Below, piece by piece: positions 1 through 8,268 of a stretch of DNA of 43,359 nucleotides. Made by a program: the position numbers and the translations under genes. The notes beneath the pieces were generated by a model. That model saw only the letters and a program-made list of their open reading frames with translations, was not told the origin of the DNA and made no database searches. The DNA comes from Klebsiella phage 6937: sequence record OL362270.1; one strand, 5' to 3'. The first letter of the stretch is position 1. Every line of letters begins with the position of its first letter.

Positions 1-381
1 ATGACTGACTTCGAGGACGACCTGCCGGAACAGTCTCCGGAGGAATTGGACAAGATTGCCGAGCAGGAGAAGAAGGACGCCGAGTTCCTTGCCCGACTCC
101 AGTCTATGACCAACGAGGAACTGGCTAAGCTGCTGCTTAATGAGTCGCTCAAGTCCCTCCTGGTAACTCTGAACAAGGGTTGGGCAACGGCGTCGGATAT
201 CAACGCCGCCCGACAGATTCTCAAGGACAACAACATCGGAATCGTACCTACTCGCCAGAATGCCGCCGGGCAGCTCCAGAAGAAGCTGAAAGAGCGGGCA
301 GAGGCGGCCAAGGACGGCACACATCACACTGTGGCGGACCTGGACAATGTGGGAATTGATGACTTTATCCAGAGGCACTGA
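1..381 (+). CDS. putative terminase small subunit (DNA maturase A)
   Basis: 126-aa ORF starting with ATG at window position 1. It sits directly upstream of the large terminase, which it overlaps by 1 nt (TGATG). The protein is acidic and helical. Assignment is by position in the phiKMV-like gene order only. Confidence 0.45.
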   Translation: MTDFEDDLPEQSPEELDKIAEQEKKDAEFLARLQSMTNEELAKLLLNESLKSLLVTLNKGWATASDINAARQILKDNNIGIVPTRQNAAGQLQKKLKERAEAAKDGTHHTVADLDNVGIDDFIQRH

Positions 382-2294
382 TGGCACATATCTTTGAGAA
401 TGAAGACGATATCCCGCTGGATTACGTCTTCGACGAAGATTACGATGCTGATGAAGGGGATGGCGACTACCTCAGTGACGAGGACTTCGCCAACCTCCCT
501 GCTATCGAGCAGGAGCGCGTAATCCGCATGGAGCAGCTGCAAGAGCTGCAACGTTACTACAAGGACTTCAACACTTTCCTGCTGGATGCGATGATTCACC
601 TGGGCTTCTCCTTATCGAAGGTCCAGGCCGACATCGGCAAATTCATGGCGTATGGCCCTAAGTACCTCATGGTGCAGGCACAGCGCTCCCAGGCAAAGAC
701 GACCATTGCAGCAGCCTTCTGCGTATGGACCTTGATTCATGACCCGCGACACCGTATCCTGATTATCTCAGCAGGTGGCGACCAGGCCGACGATATCTCC
801 AAGCTGGTTACTGGCTTGATTATGGATATGGACGTCCTGGAGTGTATGCGGCCGGACAAGTCCAAAGGCGACCGCGTAAGCGTTAAAAAATTCGACGTCC
901 ACTATTCACTGCGCAAGCTGGATAAGTCGGCGTCTGTATCCTGTTGCGGCATCACGGCAAACTTGCAGGGTCGGCGTGCTGACCTGCTGTTGGCAGATGA
1001 CATCGAGTCACAGAAGAACTCCCTGACGGCCCTCATGCGCGAGCAGCTGCTGGCGAAGACCCTGGACTTCATCTCCATCAACCAGTCTGGCCGTATCCTG
1101 TACCTGGGTACTCCGCAGTCCTCGGACTCAATCTACAACACCCTCGCTGGCCGTGGTTACGCAATCCGTATCTGGCCAGGTCGCTTCCCTACCGCTGAGC
1201 AGCGTCCGTACTACGGTGAGTTCCTGGCACCGATGCTGGACGAGATGTCGAAGAAGCACCCAGAGCTGCTGGAAGGCGGTGGTGCAAACTACGACCAGGG
1301 CCGACCCATCGAACCTTCGTTCTTGGGTGAGGAACTGCTGCAAGCCAAGGAACGTGACCAGGGTCCGTCTTGGTTCCAGCTCCAGCACATGCTGAACACC
1401 AAGCTGATGGACGCCGAGCGCTATCCTCTGAAACCGGAGAATATCGTCGTGCTGCCTATCCGGCCTGGCGACCAACTCCCATATGAGGTTAAACGTGGCT
1501 TCGCATTCCAAGAATACCAGCTCCTCGGTAAATCTTATCGATTCGCTCTTGCGCACTCAATCAGCCCTGCTGTCGACTATCCTACCGGAATCAACTTCTA
1601 CATCGACCCGGCAGGCGGTGGTAAAGGCAAAGGCACCCACGGCGGTGACGAAACCGGCTGGGCCTGTACGGCGTTCCTGAACGGGAACATCTTCTGCCTC
1701 GGCTACGGCGGTGTGAAGGGTGGCTATGACGAGACCCAGCTGGACGAGCTTGCTCGCCTGGTTGCCAAGTACAAGCCCAACACCGTCACCATTGAGAAGA
1801 ACTACGGCTTCGGTGCGTTCGCTGCTGTGTTCCTGCCAATCCTACGCAAGCACTATACAGATTGTGAGCTGCTTGAGGATATGGTCGGCAATGCGCAGAA
1901 AGAGATTCGTATCATCGACACTCTGGAACCCATTATTGCCCGTGGCTCTCTCATCATGGCAGAGTCGGCTATCAAGGGTGAGCCTAACACCCTGACCAAG
2001 CACCCGGAAGTAAACCGCATCACCTACATGATGTGGCAGCAGATGTCCCTGTTAACCCGTGAGAAAGACTCCCTGGTCCACGATGACCGCCTGGACGCCC
2101 TGGCGGGCTCCTGTGCCCATTGGGAGGAGCAGCTCAAGGTTGACCAGGAGAAGGTCTTAGCTGCCCGTGCAGAGGCTGAGATGCAGGCTTTCTGGAAGGA
2201 CCCGCTTGGTCACAACCGCTACCGTACCCAAGGCCAGATGGCCCACCAGGGTAAGAACAACATGCTGGCATATCGCCGCAACCAACGCCGCTGA
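381..2294 (+). CDS. terminase large subunit (DNA maturase B)
   Basis: 637-aa ORF. It has an acidic N-terminus, an ATPase-like central region and a nuclease-like C-terminus. Size and position (last large gene before the lysis cassette and genome terminus) are typical of T7-superfamily TerL. Confidence 0.8.
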   Translation: MAHIFENEDDIPLDYVFDEDYDADEGDGDYLSDEDFANLPAIEQERVIRMEQLQELQRYYKDFNTFLLDAMIHLGFSLSKVQADIGKFMAYGPKYLMVQAQRSQAKTTIAAAFCVWTLIHDPRHRILIISAGGDQADDISKLVTGLIMDMDVLECMRPDKSKGDRVSVKKFDVHYSLRKLDKSASVSCCGITANLQGRRADLLLADDIESQKNSLTALMREQLLAKTLDFISINQSGRILYLGTPQSSDSIYNTLAGRGYAIRIWPGRFPTAEQRPYYGEFLAPMLDEMSKKHPELLEGGGANYDQGRPIEPSFLGEELLQAKERDQGPSWFQLQHMLNTKLMDAERYPLKPENIVVLPIRPGDQLPYEVKRGFAFQEYQLLGKSYRFALAHSISPAVDYPTGINFYIDPAGGGKGKGTHGGDETGWACTAFLNGNIFCLGYGGVKGGYDETQLDELARLVAKYKPNTVTIEKNYGFGAFAAVFLPILRKHYTDCELLEDMVGNAQKEIRIIDTLEPIIARGSLIMAESAIKGEPNTLTKHPEVNRITYMMWQQMSLLTREKDSLVHDDRLDALAGSCAHWEEQLKVDQEKVLAARAEAEMQAFWKDPLGHNRYRTQGQMAHQGKNNMLAYRRNQRR

Positions 2295-2317
2295 TAGGCG
2301 GCTATAAGGAATATTAA

Positions 2318-2920
2318 ATGCGAGTATCTGACGTCCCATTCTGCCCGTCCATCCTGGCTGCTGCGCAGCTGCGTGTCGAAGTGTGCAAGCTGTTCAACCA
2401 CGCCGCGCTTATGCGTGACCGAGGCAGCCAGTATGCAGTTGATGTGCTGGTCCCGTTCTGGACTGCAATTAAGGCACTGGCATCCCAGCCCAATGGTCGC
2501 CCGTATGACGGCCCGTACCTGGGTGCCGGTATCAAGGACCTGCGGCCGCAGATTTACAAGTGCCTGACCACCGTGCGCAAATACCCGCTCACCGCGAAGC
2601 CGGAGTTTGAGGCACTGTGCGATTGGGCCATCTCCACGGCCACAGCCCTCACACCGCCTGTCCGCGTAACTGGCGTCACTGTTGCACCGAAGACCACCAG
2701 CGTGGCTGTAGGCGCGACTCGTAAGATTGTGCCGACCGTAGCGCCGACTGATGCCACCAACAAGGCAGTAACCTGGAAGTCCAGCGATGTGACTAAGGCT
2801 ACTGTCTCTTCTGACGGCACTGTGACAGGAGTTGCTGAGGGTACTGCTACCATCACTTGCACGACTGTTGACGGCAGCTTCACTGACACCACCGCAGCTA
2901 CTATCACCGCCGCTGCTTAA
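2318..2920 (+). CDS. Ig-like (Big_2-type) domain protein, function unknown
   Basis: 200-aa ORF with SD AAGGAA upstream. The C-terminal ~85 aa (VTGVTVAPKTTSVAVGATRKI...VTWKSSDVTKATVSSDGTVTGVAEGTATITCTT) match the bacterial Ig-like group 2 fold pattern. It occupies the slot where phiKMV-like phages usually encode the holin. Confidence 0.55.
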   Translation: MRVSDVPFCPSILAAAQLRVEVCKLFNHAALMRDRGSQYAVDVLVPFWTAIKALASQPNGRPYDGPYLGAGIKDLRPQIYKCLTTVRKYPLTAKPEFEALCDWAISTATALTPPVRVTGVTVAPKTTSVAVGATRKIVPTVAPTDATNKAVTWKSSDVTKATVSSDGTVTGVAEGTATITCTTVDGSFTDTTAATITAAA

Positions 2921-2951
2921 CAATGGAGGCCCGGTACGCCGGGCATAGCTT

Positions 2952-3530
2952 ATGGGTATCAAAACTCGCGTAGGCTACTGCTCGGTGGCCGTAGTCCTGG
3001 CCCTGGTCAGTACCAACCACAAGGGCGAGATTAGAACCTCTCCCGCCGGGCTGGAGCTTCTGGCTGGGTATGAGGACTGCCGCACCCAGGCCTATCTGGA
3101 CATCGTAGGAGTCCCTACGTGTGGAATTGGCAGCACCTCTGGGGTTCGTATGGGCACCACCTGGACAGAGGCTCAGGTGGCCGCTGCGTTCGTTAAGGAC
3201 GTACAGGCGGCCGAGAAGTGTGTCCTGGTGTACTTCAACGGGTACGCTATGCCACAGCCTGTGTTCGACTCTGTGACGTCCCTGGTGTTCAATGCCGGGT
3301 GCTGGGGTACTCGCTGGAACACTAAGCTGAACCGTCCTACAGGCATCGCTCAGTACGCTAAGGCTGAGGACTGGCAGAATGTGTGTTACAGATTGGGTGA
3401 CTTCATCTACGCTGGCGGTAAGGTCTCTAATGGCCTCAAGAACCGCCGGGCTAAGGAGCAAGCTCACTGTGTCAAATGGCAAGTACCGCAACAGTACGAG
3501 GGTTCCCGATGGACACCAAATCCCCACTGA
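2952..3530 (+). CDS. SAR-type endolysin, GH24 (lambda R / P21 R21-like) lysozyme
   Basis: 192 aa. The N-terminal weakly hydrophobic Gly/Ala-rich stretch VGYCSVAVVLALVST looks like a signal-arrest-release domain. It is followed by a GH24-type catalytic region, EDCRTQAYLDIVGVPTCGIGST (E...D...T triad). Confidence 0.75.
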   Translation: MGIKTRVGYCSVAVVLALVSTNHKGEIRTSPAGLELLAGYEDCRTQAYLDIVGVPTCGIGSTSGVRMGTTWTEAQVAAAFVKDVQAAEKCVLVYFNGYAMPQPVFDSVTSLVFNAGCWGTRWNTKLNRPTGIAQYAKAEDWQNVCYRLGDFIYAGGKVSNGLKNRRAKEQAHCVKWQVPQQYEGSRWTPNPH

Positions 3531-3892
3531 TTAAACTGGCCGTAGTCGGCGCTGTACTGGCCGCTATGGTACTCCCGTCGTTAGTCGGGTATCACTACTA
3601 CGGTAAGGTAGGTGTGCTCAAGCAGAGCGTTAAAGACCTCACCGACAATCTCGTCCATACCCAGGATACACTACAGGCCACCCTTGAGGGTGAGCAGCGT
3701 GCTAACCTGGCTTTATCCGAGCTTCGTAAGAAGAAGGGCTTAACCGATGCTGAACTTCAAAGTGCAAAATCCGAGCTGGAGCGTATTCACCTTCGCAACC
3801 CAGGTCACAATTGTCCTGTACTGCCTGATGTCGCTGACCGGCTGCGGGAAGCAAATCGTAAGGTACGAGAGAGTGGCTCCCTACGTCCCTGA
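3509..3892 (+). CDS. i-spanin (Rz-like)
   Basis: Start chosen at ATG 3509 with SD GAGGG 8 nt upstream. It has an N-terminal TM helix (LIKLAVVGAVLAAMVLPSLVGY) followed by a coiled-coil periplasmic domain. It overlaps the end of the endolysin and contains the start of the o-spanin in the +1 frame. Confidence 0.7.
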   Translation: MDTKSPLIKLAVVGAVLAAMVLPSLVGYHYYGKVGVLKQSVKDLTDNLVHTQDTLQATLEGEQRANLALSELRKKKGLTDAELQSAKSELERIHLRNPGHNCPVLPDVADRLREANRKVRESGSLRP

Positions 3893-4043
3893 GAGCCTCT
3901 ATGACCCGTGCACACCTCCGGCCTTACCAGAGGGTGCCTTGGACCAGTTAACCCTGGAGAAGCACATCCTGGACCTCTATGGGGTGGTTTCTGGGTGCAA
4001 CGACGATAAACTCCAAATCAAGAAACTCATTGAGGGCAAATGA
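3747..4043 (+). CDS. o-spanin (Rz1-like) lipoprotein, overlapping Rz in +1 frame
   Basis: 98-aa ORF that starts inside Rz and extends beyond it. It has a lipobox (LMSLTGC) followed by a proline-rich segment (PYVPESLYDPCTPPALPEG), typical of Rz1. Confidence 0.65.
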   Translation: MLNFKVQNPSWSVFTFATQVTIVLYCLMSLTGCGKQIVRYERVAPYVPESLYDPCTPPALPEGALDQLTLEKHILDLYGVVSGCNDDKLQIKKLIEGK

Positions 4044-4231
4044 TGGCCACCTATACCGTACGAATCCTGAATACTGAGACTGGCGTAATGCTGGAGACCG
4101 AGTACCAGACTGAGCTGCAAGCTATCACCGCTGTGAACACCGCAGCACAGCTTGTTGCTGTAGGTGCTCCTGAGACCATTGTGGGTGAAATCGTGGCATC
4201 TGAGCCGAACCCTGAGTGGACTCTTCGCTAA
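4040..4231 (+). CDS. hypothetical small protein (last gene before the terminal region)
   Basis: 63 aa. ATGATG start with SD GAGGG upstream. It is translationally coupled to Rz1 (TGATG). Confidence 0.4.
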   Translation: MMATYTVRILNTETGVMLETEYQTELQAITAVNTAAQLVAVGAPETIVGEIVASEPNPEWTLR

Positions 4232-4243
4232 TAGTTGCCCGTT

Positions 4244-4279
4244 ACAGTGCACTCCTCTCCCGACTGGTGAGTGTACTGT
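4244..4279 (+). terminator. putative end-of-late-operon hairpin (11-bp stem with one G·U, 14-nt loop)
   Basis: ACAGTGCACTC(4244-4254) ... GAGTGTACTGT(4269-4279). It lies 13 nt after the stop of the last late gene. There is no U-tract, so this is not a classical rho-independent terminator. It may be a phage-RNAP terminator or an RNA-stability element. Confidence 0.3.
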
Positions 4280-4427
4280 TGCGGCCCAATTATGGCATAA
4301 AATTGTATGACCGGAGCGACCCTCGCGACACCTCTCACTTCCCCCATAGGGCCCATCGTTCTCAACTTTTTATCAAGGAGGGCCACCCTGGGCAGGCCTG
4401 AGCCGCACCGGCAGACACCTAGCGGGC

Positions 4428-5072
4428 ACCTATCGTGAGACCGGCTATACGCCACTGTGAGCCACTGAGGGACCATAGCAGTACATCGGTATCACCGTCA
4501 GCCTAATCGGCTGCCGTAGGGCCACTGAGGGCCATCTATCAGCTACCGGTTATCACCACCACTGCCTTATCGTTTATCAGAGTCGGACAAGGTAGACTCA
4601 AGGGTTATCAGTCGGTCTATTTAGCAGAGTGAGTACCATCACTCAGGGCTTATCGTGTAGCTGAGCCATAACTATAGCCGGGAGTGGGACCAGTGTCAAC
4701 CCTATCGTGTAACCTATCTCACTCTATCTTGTGTCGGTAGTGTGCCCTGTTGTGTTAGACAGGCGATTAGCCTGGCTGTGCTCTTCTGTGTGCTCTTCCT
4801 ATCGTGTGACAAGGGGTAAGCCCTATCGTGTCCTATCGTGCACTCACAGTGCATCCTATGGCTTCTCATTGTGTGTACAGGGGCGGGCTATCTGTATCCC
4901 TGTTTGCAGTGTCACCACACCGTTTACACCTATCGTCTAACCATAGGGATAACACTGGTCATACCTTATCAGTGACCTATCATCACACCTATCGTCACAC
5001 TCTGAGTACATCCGTAGTCTAATCGCCTACGGTAAACATTGAACAGATAGTGAGTACCCTATCACTACCACT
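4428..5072. repeat. repeat-rich non-coding terminal region with ~10 dispersed copies of (C)CTATCGTG and related motifs
   Basis: - Copies seen directly at about 4430, 4566, 4649, 4701, 4799, 4820, 4830, 4929, 4965/4978/4987, 5057.
- Also duplicated 13-mer GCACTCACAGTGC at ~4844 and ~5268.
- GTCTAATCGCC at ~5025 and ~5086.
- No long ORF with an RBS in this region. Confidence 0.6.
4455..4574. repeat. imperfect ~60-bp tandem duplication (GCCACTGAGGG(A)CCAT... units)
   Basis: GCCACTGAGGGACCATAGCAG at ~4461 and GCCACTGAGGGCCATCTATCAG at ~4521. Each is followed by a GGT(T)ATCACC segment. Confidence 0.35.
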
Positions 5073-5233
5073 ACTAGCTCCACTGTCTAATCGCCAGTGG
5101 CTAACGTCCTATTCAACCGCCTACTCCCTACGGTCGTGTCGGTCTCACTTCTGATACAGATAGAACGAATTGTAACATAAGTTACTATCTACCTATCCAT
5201 ACCCTGAGAAGCCCATTGCGCCGTCCTGTGCTC

Positions 5234-5254
5234 ATAGAGTGTAACTAATCAGAT
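5234..5254 (-). promoter_or_regulatory. minus-strand copy of the phage-RNAP promoter core (TGATTAGTTACACTCTATGAG)
   Basis: The reverse complement of 5234-5254 matches the + strand element at 25139-25157 at 19/19 nt. It is oriented leftward into the repeat region, where there are no genes. Confidence 0.45.
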
Positions 5255-5280
5255 AGCACAGGGCTCGCACTCACAGTGCC

Positions 5281-5345
5281 TTAAATATAATCCTAATGAA
5301 TACATACACTTATCAATTAATTCTAATTTATTTGCAAATAACGCT
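5281..5345 (+). promoter_or_regulatory. AT-rich probable host-RNAP early promoter region
   Basis: Locally AT-rich island containing an exact TATAAT at ~5286-5291 and several TTGCAA/TTATCA-like hexamers. No single -35/-10 pair is convincing. Confidence 0.25.
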
Positions 5346-5646
5346 TGCGCTTTTAGTCGGTCTTACCCTATCATTCAATCACACCGCAGCAATCAGGCGG
5401 TAAGAAGTAAGGGTCGTTACAGGCTCCCACTGTAACAGTTCGGGAAGGTACTACAACCTAACAAGAGCCTGACTAGCTCGCTAGTGTACCGCTGAGGCGG
5501 AGTAATACAGGACGCAAAGTGTCGCCCGCTGCGGGGCTACAGCGCACAGACAAGGTTAACAGGCTTGTCGAGATGTACCGCTCTTTAACAATTCACATAG
5601 TCTAGCGCCAAGGGTTATCCGTGTCACACCATGAGGAGTGATGAGC

Positions 5647-5976
5647 ATGAATCCAAAAGCACAGCAACGCCGCTACGGTATCGATGAGGCGCAAGCCATC
5701 GCCGTCGAGGAGTATCGCCGCCGCCTCTATGGTGAGGCGCTCACTCCGCAAGGCACTGAGGCACGTAAGCAAGTAAAGCGCTTGATGACCCACCGTTACA
5801 AGCCGGAGGTGATATCAAGCAATGACTTTAGCGAGTCAAAGAACATGCGCAAGACGGCGGCCAAGAGCAATCAAGGCAACGTTAGAGCGATAGGCAATAA
5901 GACAGACGTCAAAGTTAATAGCTACTGGTCGAGCAAGCGAGGGGATAACCTGCCTGCTGACCATCGGATGAAATAA
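5647..5976 (+). CDS. hypothetical early protein (basic, 109 aa)
   Basis: ATG 5647 lies 8 nt after SD GAGGAG (5633-5638). It is the first ORF after the terminal region. Confidence 0.5.
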   Translation: MNPKAQQRRYGIDEAQAIAVEEYRRRLYGEALTPQGTEARKQVKRLMTHRYKPEVISSNDFSESKNMRKTAAKSNQGNVRAIGNKTDVKVNSYWSSKRGDNLPADHRMK

Positions 5977-5990
5977 GTTTAAATTAATTG

Positions 5991-6019
5991 TTGACAACGA
6001 TAACTCTTAGCGCTAGATT
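5991..6019 (+). promoter_or_regulatory. strong sigma70-like promoter (TTGACA-17nt-TAGATT)
   Basis: TTGACA at 5991-5996, a 17-nt spacer, then TAGATT at 6014-6019. It reads rightward into a ~570-nt untranslated stretch and then the early gene cluster. Confidence 0.55.
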
Positions 6020-6532
6020 ATGTGAACCGGGCAACGATAGGCCGCCACTGGTAACGTGTCAGATAAGACATTGCAGTGAGCCTATCAGTTGTCCAGCGAG
6101 GCGCAACGCCGCACTCGCAGACCAATGAAGTGACCGCGATAGGGTTGTAGTAGTGATGACGCCCGCGCAAATTGCCCACAATGCCAGTCGAGAGCATAGG
6201 GCGACGATACTGGATATCGGATGAGTTTAAGCCAGTGCCCAGCGTAGGCTGAGGGTAGAGAATAGAAGCCGAGCGGTGAAGTCCCGTTTCCGTGCAAAAC
6301 TTACGGAAGAAGTGACGCGATGAGTCAATGACCCATACCTCGCATGAGATGCACAGAGTGCCCGGCGAGATGTAACTAGGGGTTAGCCTTACATCGCAAT
6401 CAATCTAGCTGACTAGGACGTGTTACAAGCGGAAAGGCGTTGCAGGCCGTGCCACGGTGATGTTTATCGTGGGGTATCCTGTGTAATTCGCTGAGTACGC
6501 CTAACAGACACGAAAGGCTAGATGATTAACAT

Positions 6533-6557
6533 ATGCCCATTCATAGGGAGTGGGCAT
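6533..6557 (+). promoter_or_regulatory. conserved stem-loop ATGCCCA-ttcatagggag-TGGGCAT upstream of the first large early gene
   Basis: 7-bp stem with an 11-nt loop, 31 nt upstream of ATG 6588. It is near-identical to the element at 11624-11647 (core GCCCATTC...GGAGTGGGC). Confidence 0.4.
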
Positions 6558-6587
6558 ACCTTTAATCAAACAATGAGGATTTACATC

Positions 6588-7166
6588 ATGGCAACTATCA
6601 AATCTAAATCTACCGCTAACGCTGCTGTCAAGGCTGCTGGTCTGGTCAAGGCTCTGAAATGCACCGTGTCCAAGGATGAGCTGGCCGCACGTATCAAGGG
6701 CGTGTGTGACACCTCCGCTACCTTGCAAGATGACATTCACGCGGTGGCTGTCGACATCATGCTGCACGTCTACGAACATGCTGACATCACCTTCCCGCAA
6801 GCGCTGGTCGACGGCCTGGGTATGGGTATCCGCCGTGTGGCGCTGGTTGAGTGGTTCAAGATGGCCGGGATGAAGGTCAGCGCCACTGAGGGCAAGTTCA
6901 ACGGGTTCAACCGCGAGAAGATGGTCGACAAATGGGAGTTCGTCAAGGCTAACAAGTGGTACACCATGAAGCCGGAGCGCCCGTTCGCTGGGTTCGACCT
7001 GCAAGCTGAGCTGGAGCGCCTGCTCGCCAAGGCTGAGAAGGCATCGGCTAAGAACGCAGCGACGCCAGAGGACCAGCGTGCTGAGGACTACAAGTTCAAC
7101 CTCGACGCTGCTAAGCTGGCCGCCCTGCGTGCGATGGTACAGCCAGCGACTGGCGCGATTAACTAA
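6588..7166 (+). CDS. hypothetical early protein (192 aa)
   Basis: ATG 6588 preceded by TGAGGA 9 nt upstream. Codon usage is good. There is no recognisable motif. It is the first sizeable gene of the early operon, so it is a candidate host-takeover or anti-defence function by position only. Confidence 0.55.
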   Translation: MATIKSKSTANAAVKAAGLVKALKCTVSKDELAARIKGVCDTSATLQDDIHAVAVDIMLHVYEHADITFPQALVDGLGMGIRRVALVEWFKMAGMKVSATEGKFNGFNREKMVDKWEFVKANKWYTMKPERPFAGFDLQAELERLLAKAEKASAKNAATPEDQRAEDYKFNLDAAKLAALRAMVQPATGAIN

Positions 7167-7256
7167 TGCGCCTGCTGATTATCTGGGTGCCGCTGGCACC
7201 CGCTAACAATGACTATGGTGGCGACGGTAAGCGTGCGCCCGTGAGGAGCTGGGAAT

Positions 7257-7523
7257 ATGATTAAGAGCAAACGCCGTATCAATAAACGCGAGCTGATTGA
7301 AGGGTCACGTACCGACCGTGCGCCTAGCTATTGGGAGAATCAGCCGTGGTTCATCCACCTGCGCCAGGTCTATGGGTTGGCCAAAGCTATTGAGATGGGC
7401 CGGGATGCGAAGCTCAAATCCCCTCATACGTGGGATGGGGAGGATGCTCGCTGGCCTGCGAGTCACCGCTCGGTTGTAGTGTGGGCGGAGACGTCCTTCG
7501 AAGAACTCTGGATGAATGCTTAG
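7257..7523 (+). CDS. hypothetical early protein (88 aa)
   Basis: SD GAGGAG 9 nt upstream of the ATG. Confidence 0.5.
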   Translation: MIKSKRRINKRELIEGSRTDRAPSYWENQPWFIHLRQVYGLAKAIEMGRDAKLKSPHTWDGEDARWPASHRSVVVWAETSFEELWMNA

Positions 7524-7583
7524 TGCTATCCGCAAGCCTGCTCACTGAGTGGGCTTGATGACTATCACTGAGGAGTTATCACG

Positions 7584-7976
7584 ATGAGCAAACAAAAGAT
7601 TCTTACCTTCCTTCGGGAGTGGTTGCAGTATTCCGACGCCTGCATGAAGGCACACAAGGCTGGCGAGGAGAAGCCGCACTCGCAGGTGTTCACTCCGTAT
7701 GATGGGCTGTGCGGCAATCTGGATAAGTGGGCTGTAAGACACTGTACCATACCGATGTCTGAATTTAACAACCGTAAGGCGTACTTTACTGCTTTGGGTA
7801 ACACGCTGCGCGATTTATTCCGGGCCGACCGCCTGTGTACCTGCTGGACGTTCGGCGAGCGTAGCTTCCGTATGCGCTTTGACAATGAGTCAAACTGCCG
7901 ATGCCCTAACCGCCGCCGCTGGGTGAAGAAGACTATCGCACAGCTTGAGAAGGAGTTAAACGATGGCAATCACTAA
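7584..7976 (+). CDS. hypothetical early protein, Cys/His-motif paralog A (130 aa)
   Basis: SD GAGGAG upstream. It shares the motif FL..WL....AC...H....P..GLC..LD.W with the ORF at 8265. Confidence 0.55.
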   Translation: MSKQKILTFLREWLQYSDACMKAHKAGEEKPHSQVFTPYDGLCGNLDKWAVRHCTIPMSEFNNRKAYFTALGNTLRDLFRADRLCTCWTFGERSFRMRFDNESNCRCPNRRRWVKKTIAQLEKELNDGNH

Positions 7977-8268
7977 GATATCCTTTCTGGCCCGCTACCA
8001 TGCGCGGGAGATTCACTACGATACGGTGGGGACTCCGTTCGGCCACGTCTCCTACGCTAAAACTCAGACCGTACAGCACGACAAAGAGACGGTGTTCGTG
8101 CTTGGGCCTGGGCCTTGTGGCAAGACGGTCGATAAGCTGGATGTGCGCTATCAGGCGCACGACATCATAATCATACAGTACCACGATGATGGTACACTTA
8201 AAGAGTTCCCATACCAGCGCAAAGATGTGCTGGGCCGTCTGACTATTGAGCGGAGTGTATTTCAATGA
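7963..8268 (+). CDS. hypothetical early protein (101 aa)
   Basis: Its start overlaps the end of the upstream gene, and its stop overlaps the next start (ATGA). Confidence 0.45.
   Translation: MAITKISFLARYHAREIHYDTVGTPFGHVSYAKTQTVQHDKETVFVLGPGPCGKTVDKLDVRYQAHDIIIIQYHDDGTLKEFPYQRKDVLGRLTIERSVFQ

Noticed and set aside
4216-5022. Small ORFs in the terminal repeat region (4216-4401, 4228-4476, 4731-4940, 4828-5022)
   Set aside because: No Shine-Dalgarno sequences. They are built from the short DNA repeats and have low-complexity, Cys/Ser/His-rich translations. The region behaves as non-coding terminal DNA.
4428-5072. Possibility that the short repeats are a CRISPR array
   Set aside because: Repeats are 9-13 nt with irregular spacing of 10-100 nt. 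There are no uniform spacers and no cas genes. The arrangement is typical of phage terminal-repeat-adjacent elements.
7185-7201. GGGTGCC-gct-GGCACCC hairpin after gene 6588-7166 as a terminator
   Set aside because: It has a 7-bp GC stem but a 3-nt loop and no U-tract. That is too weak to call as a terminator. It may be an RNA stability element.
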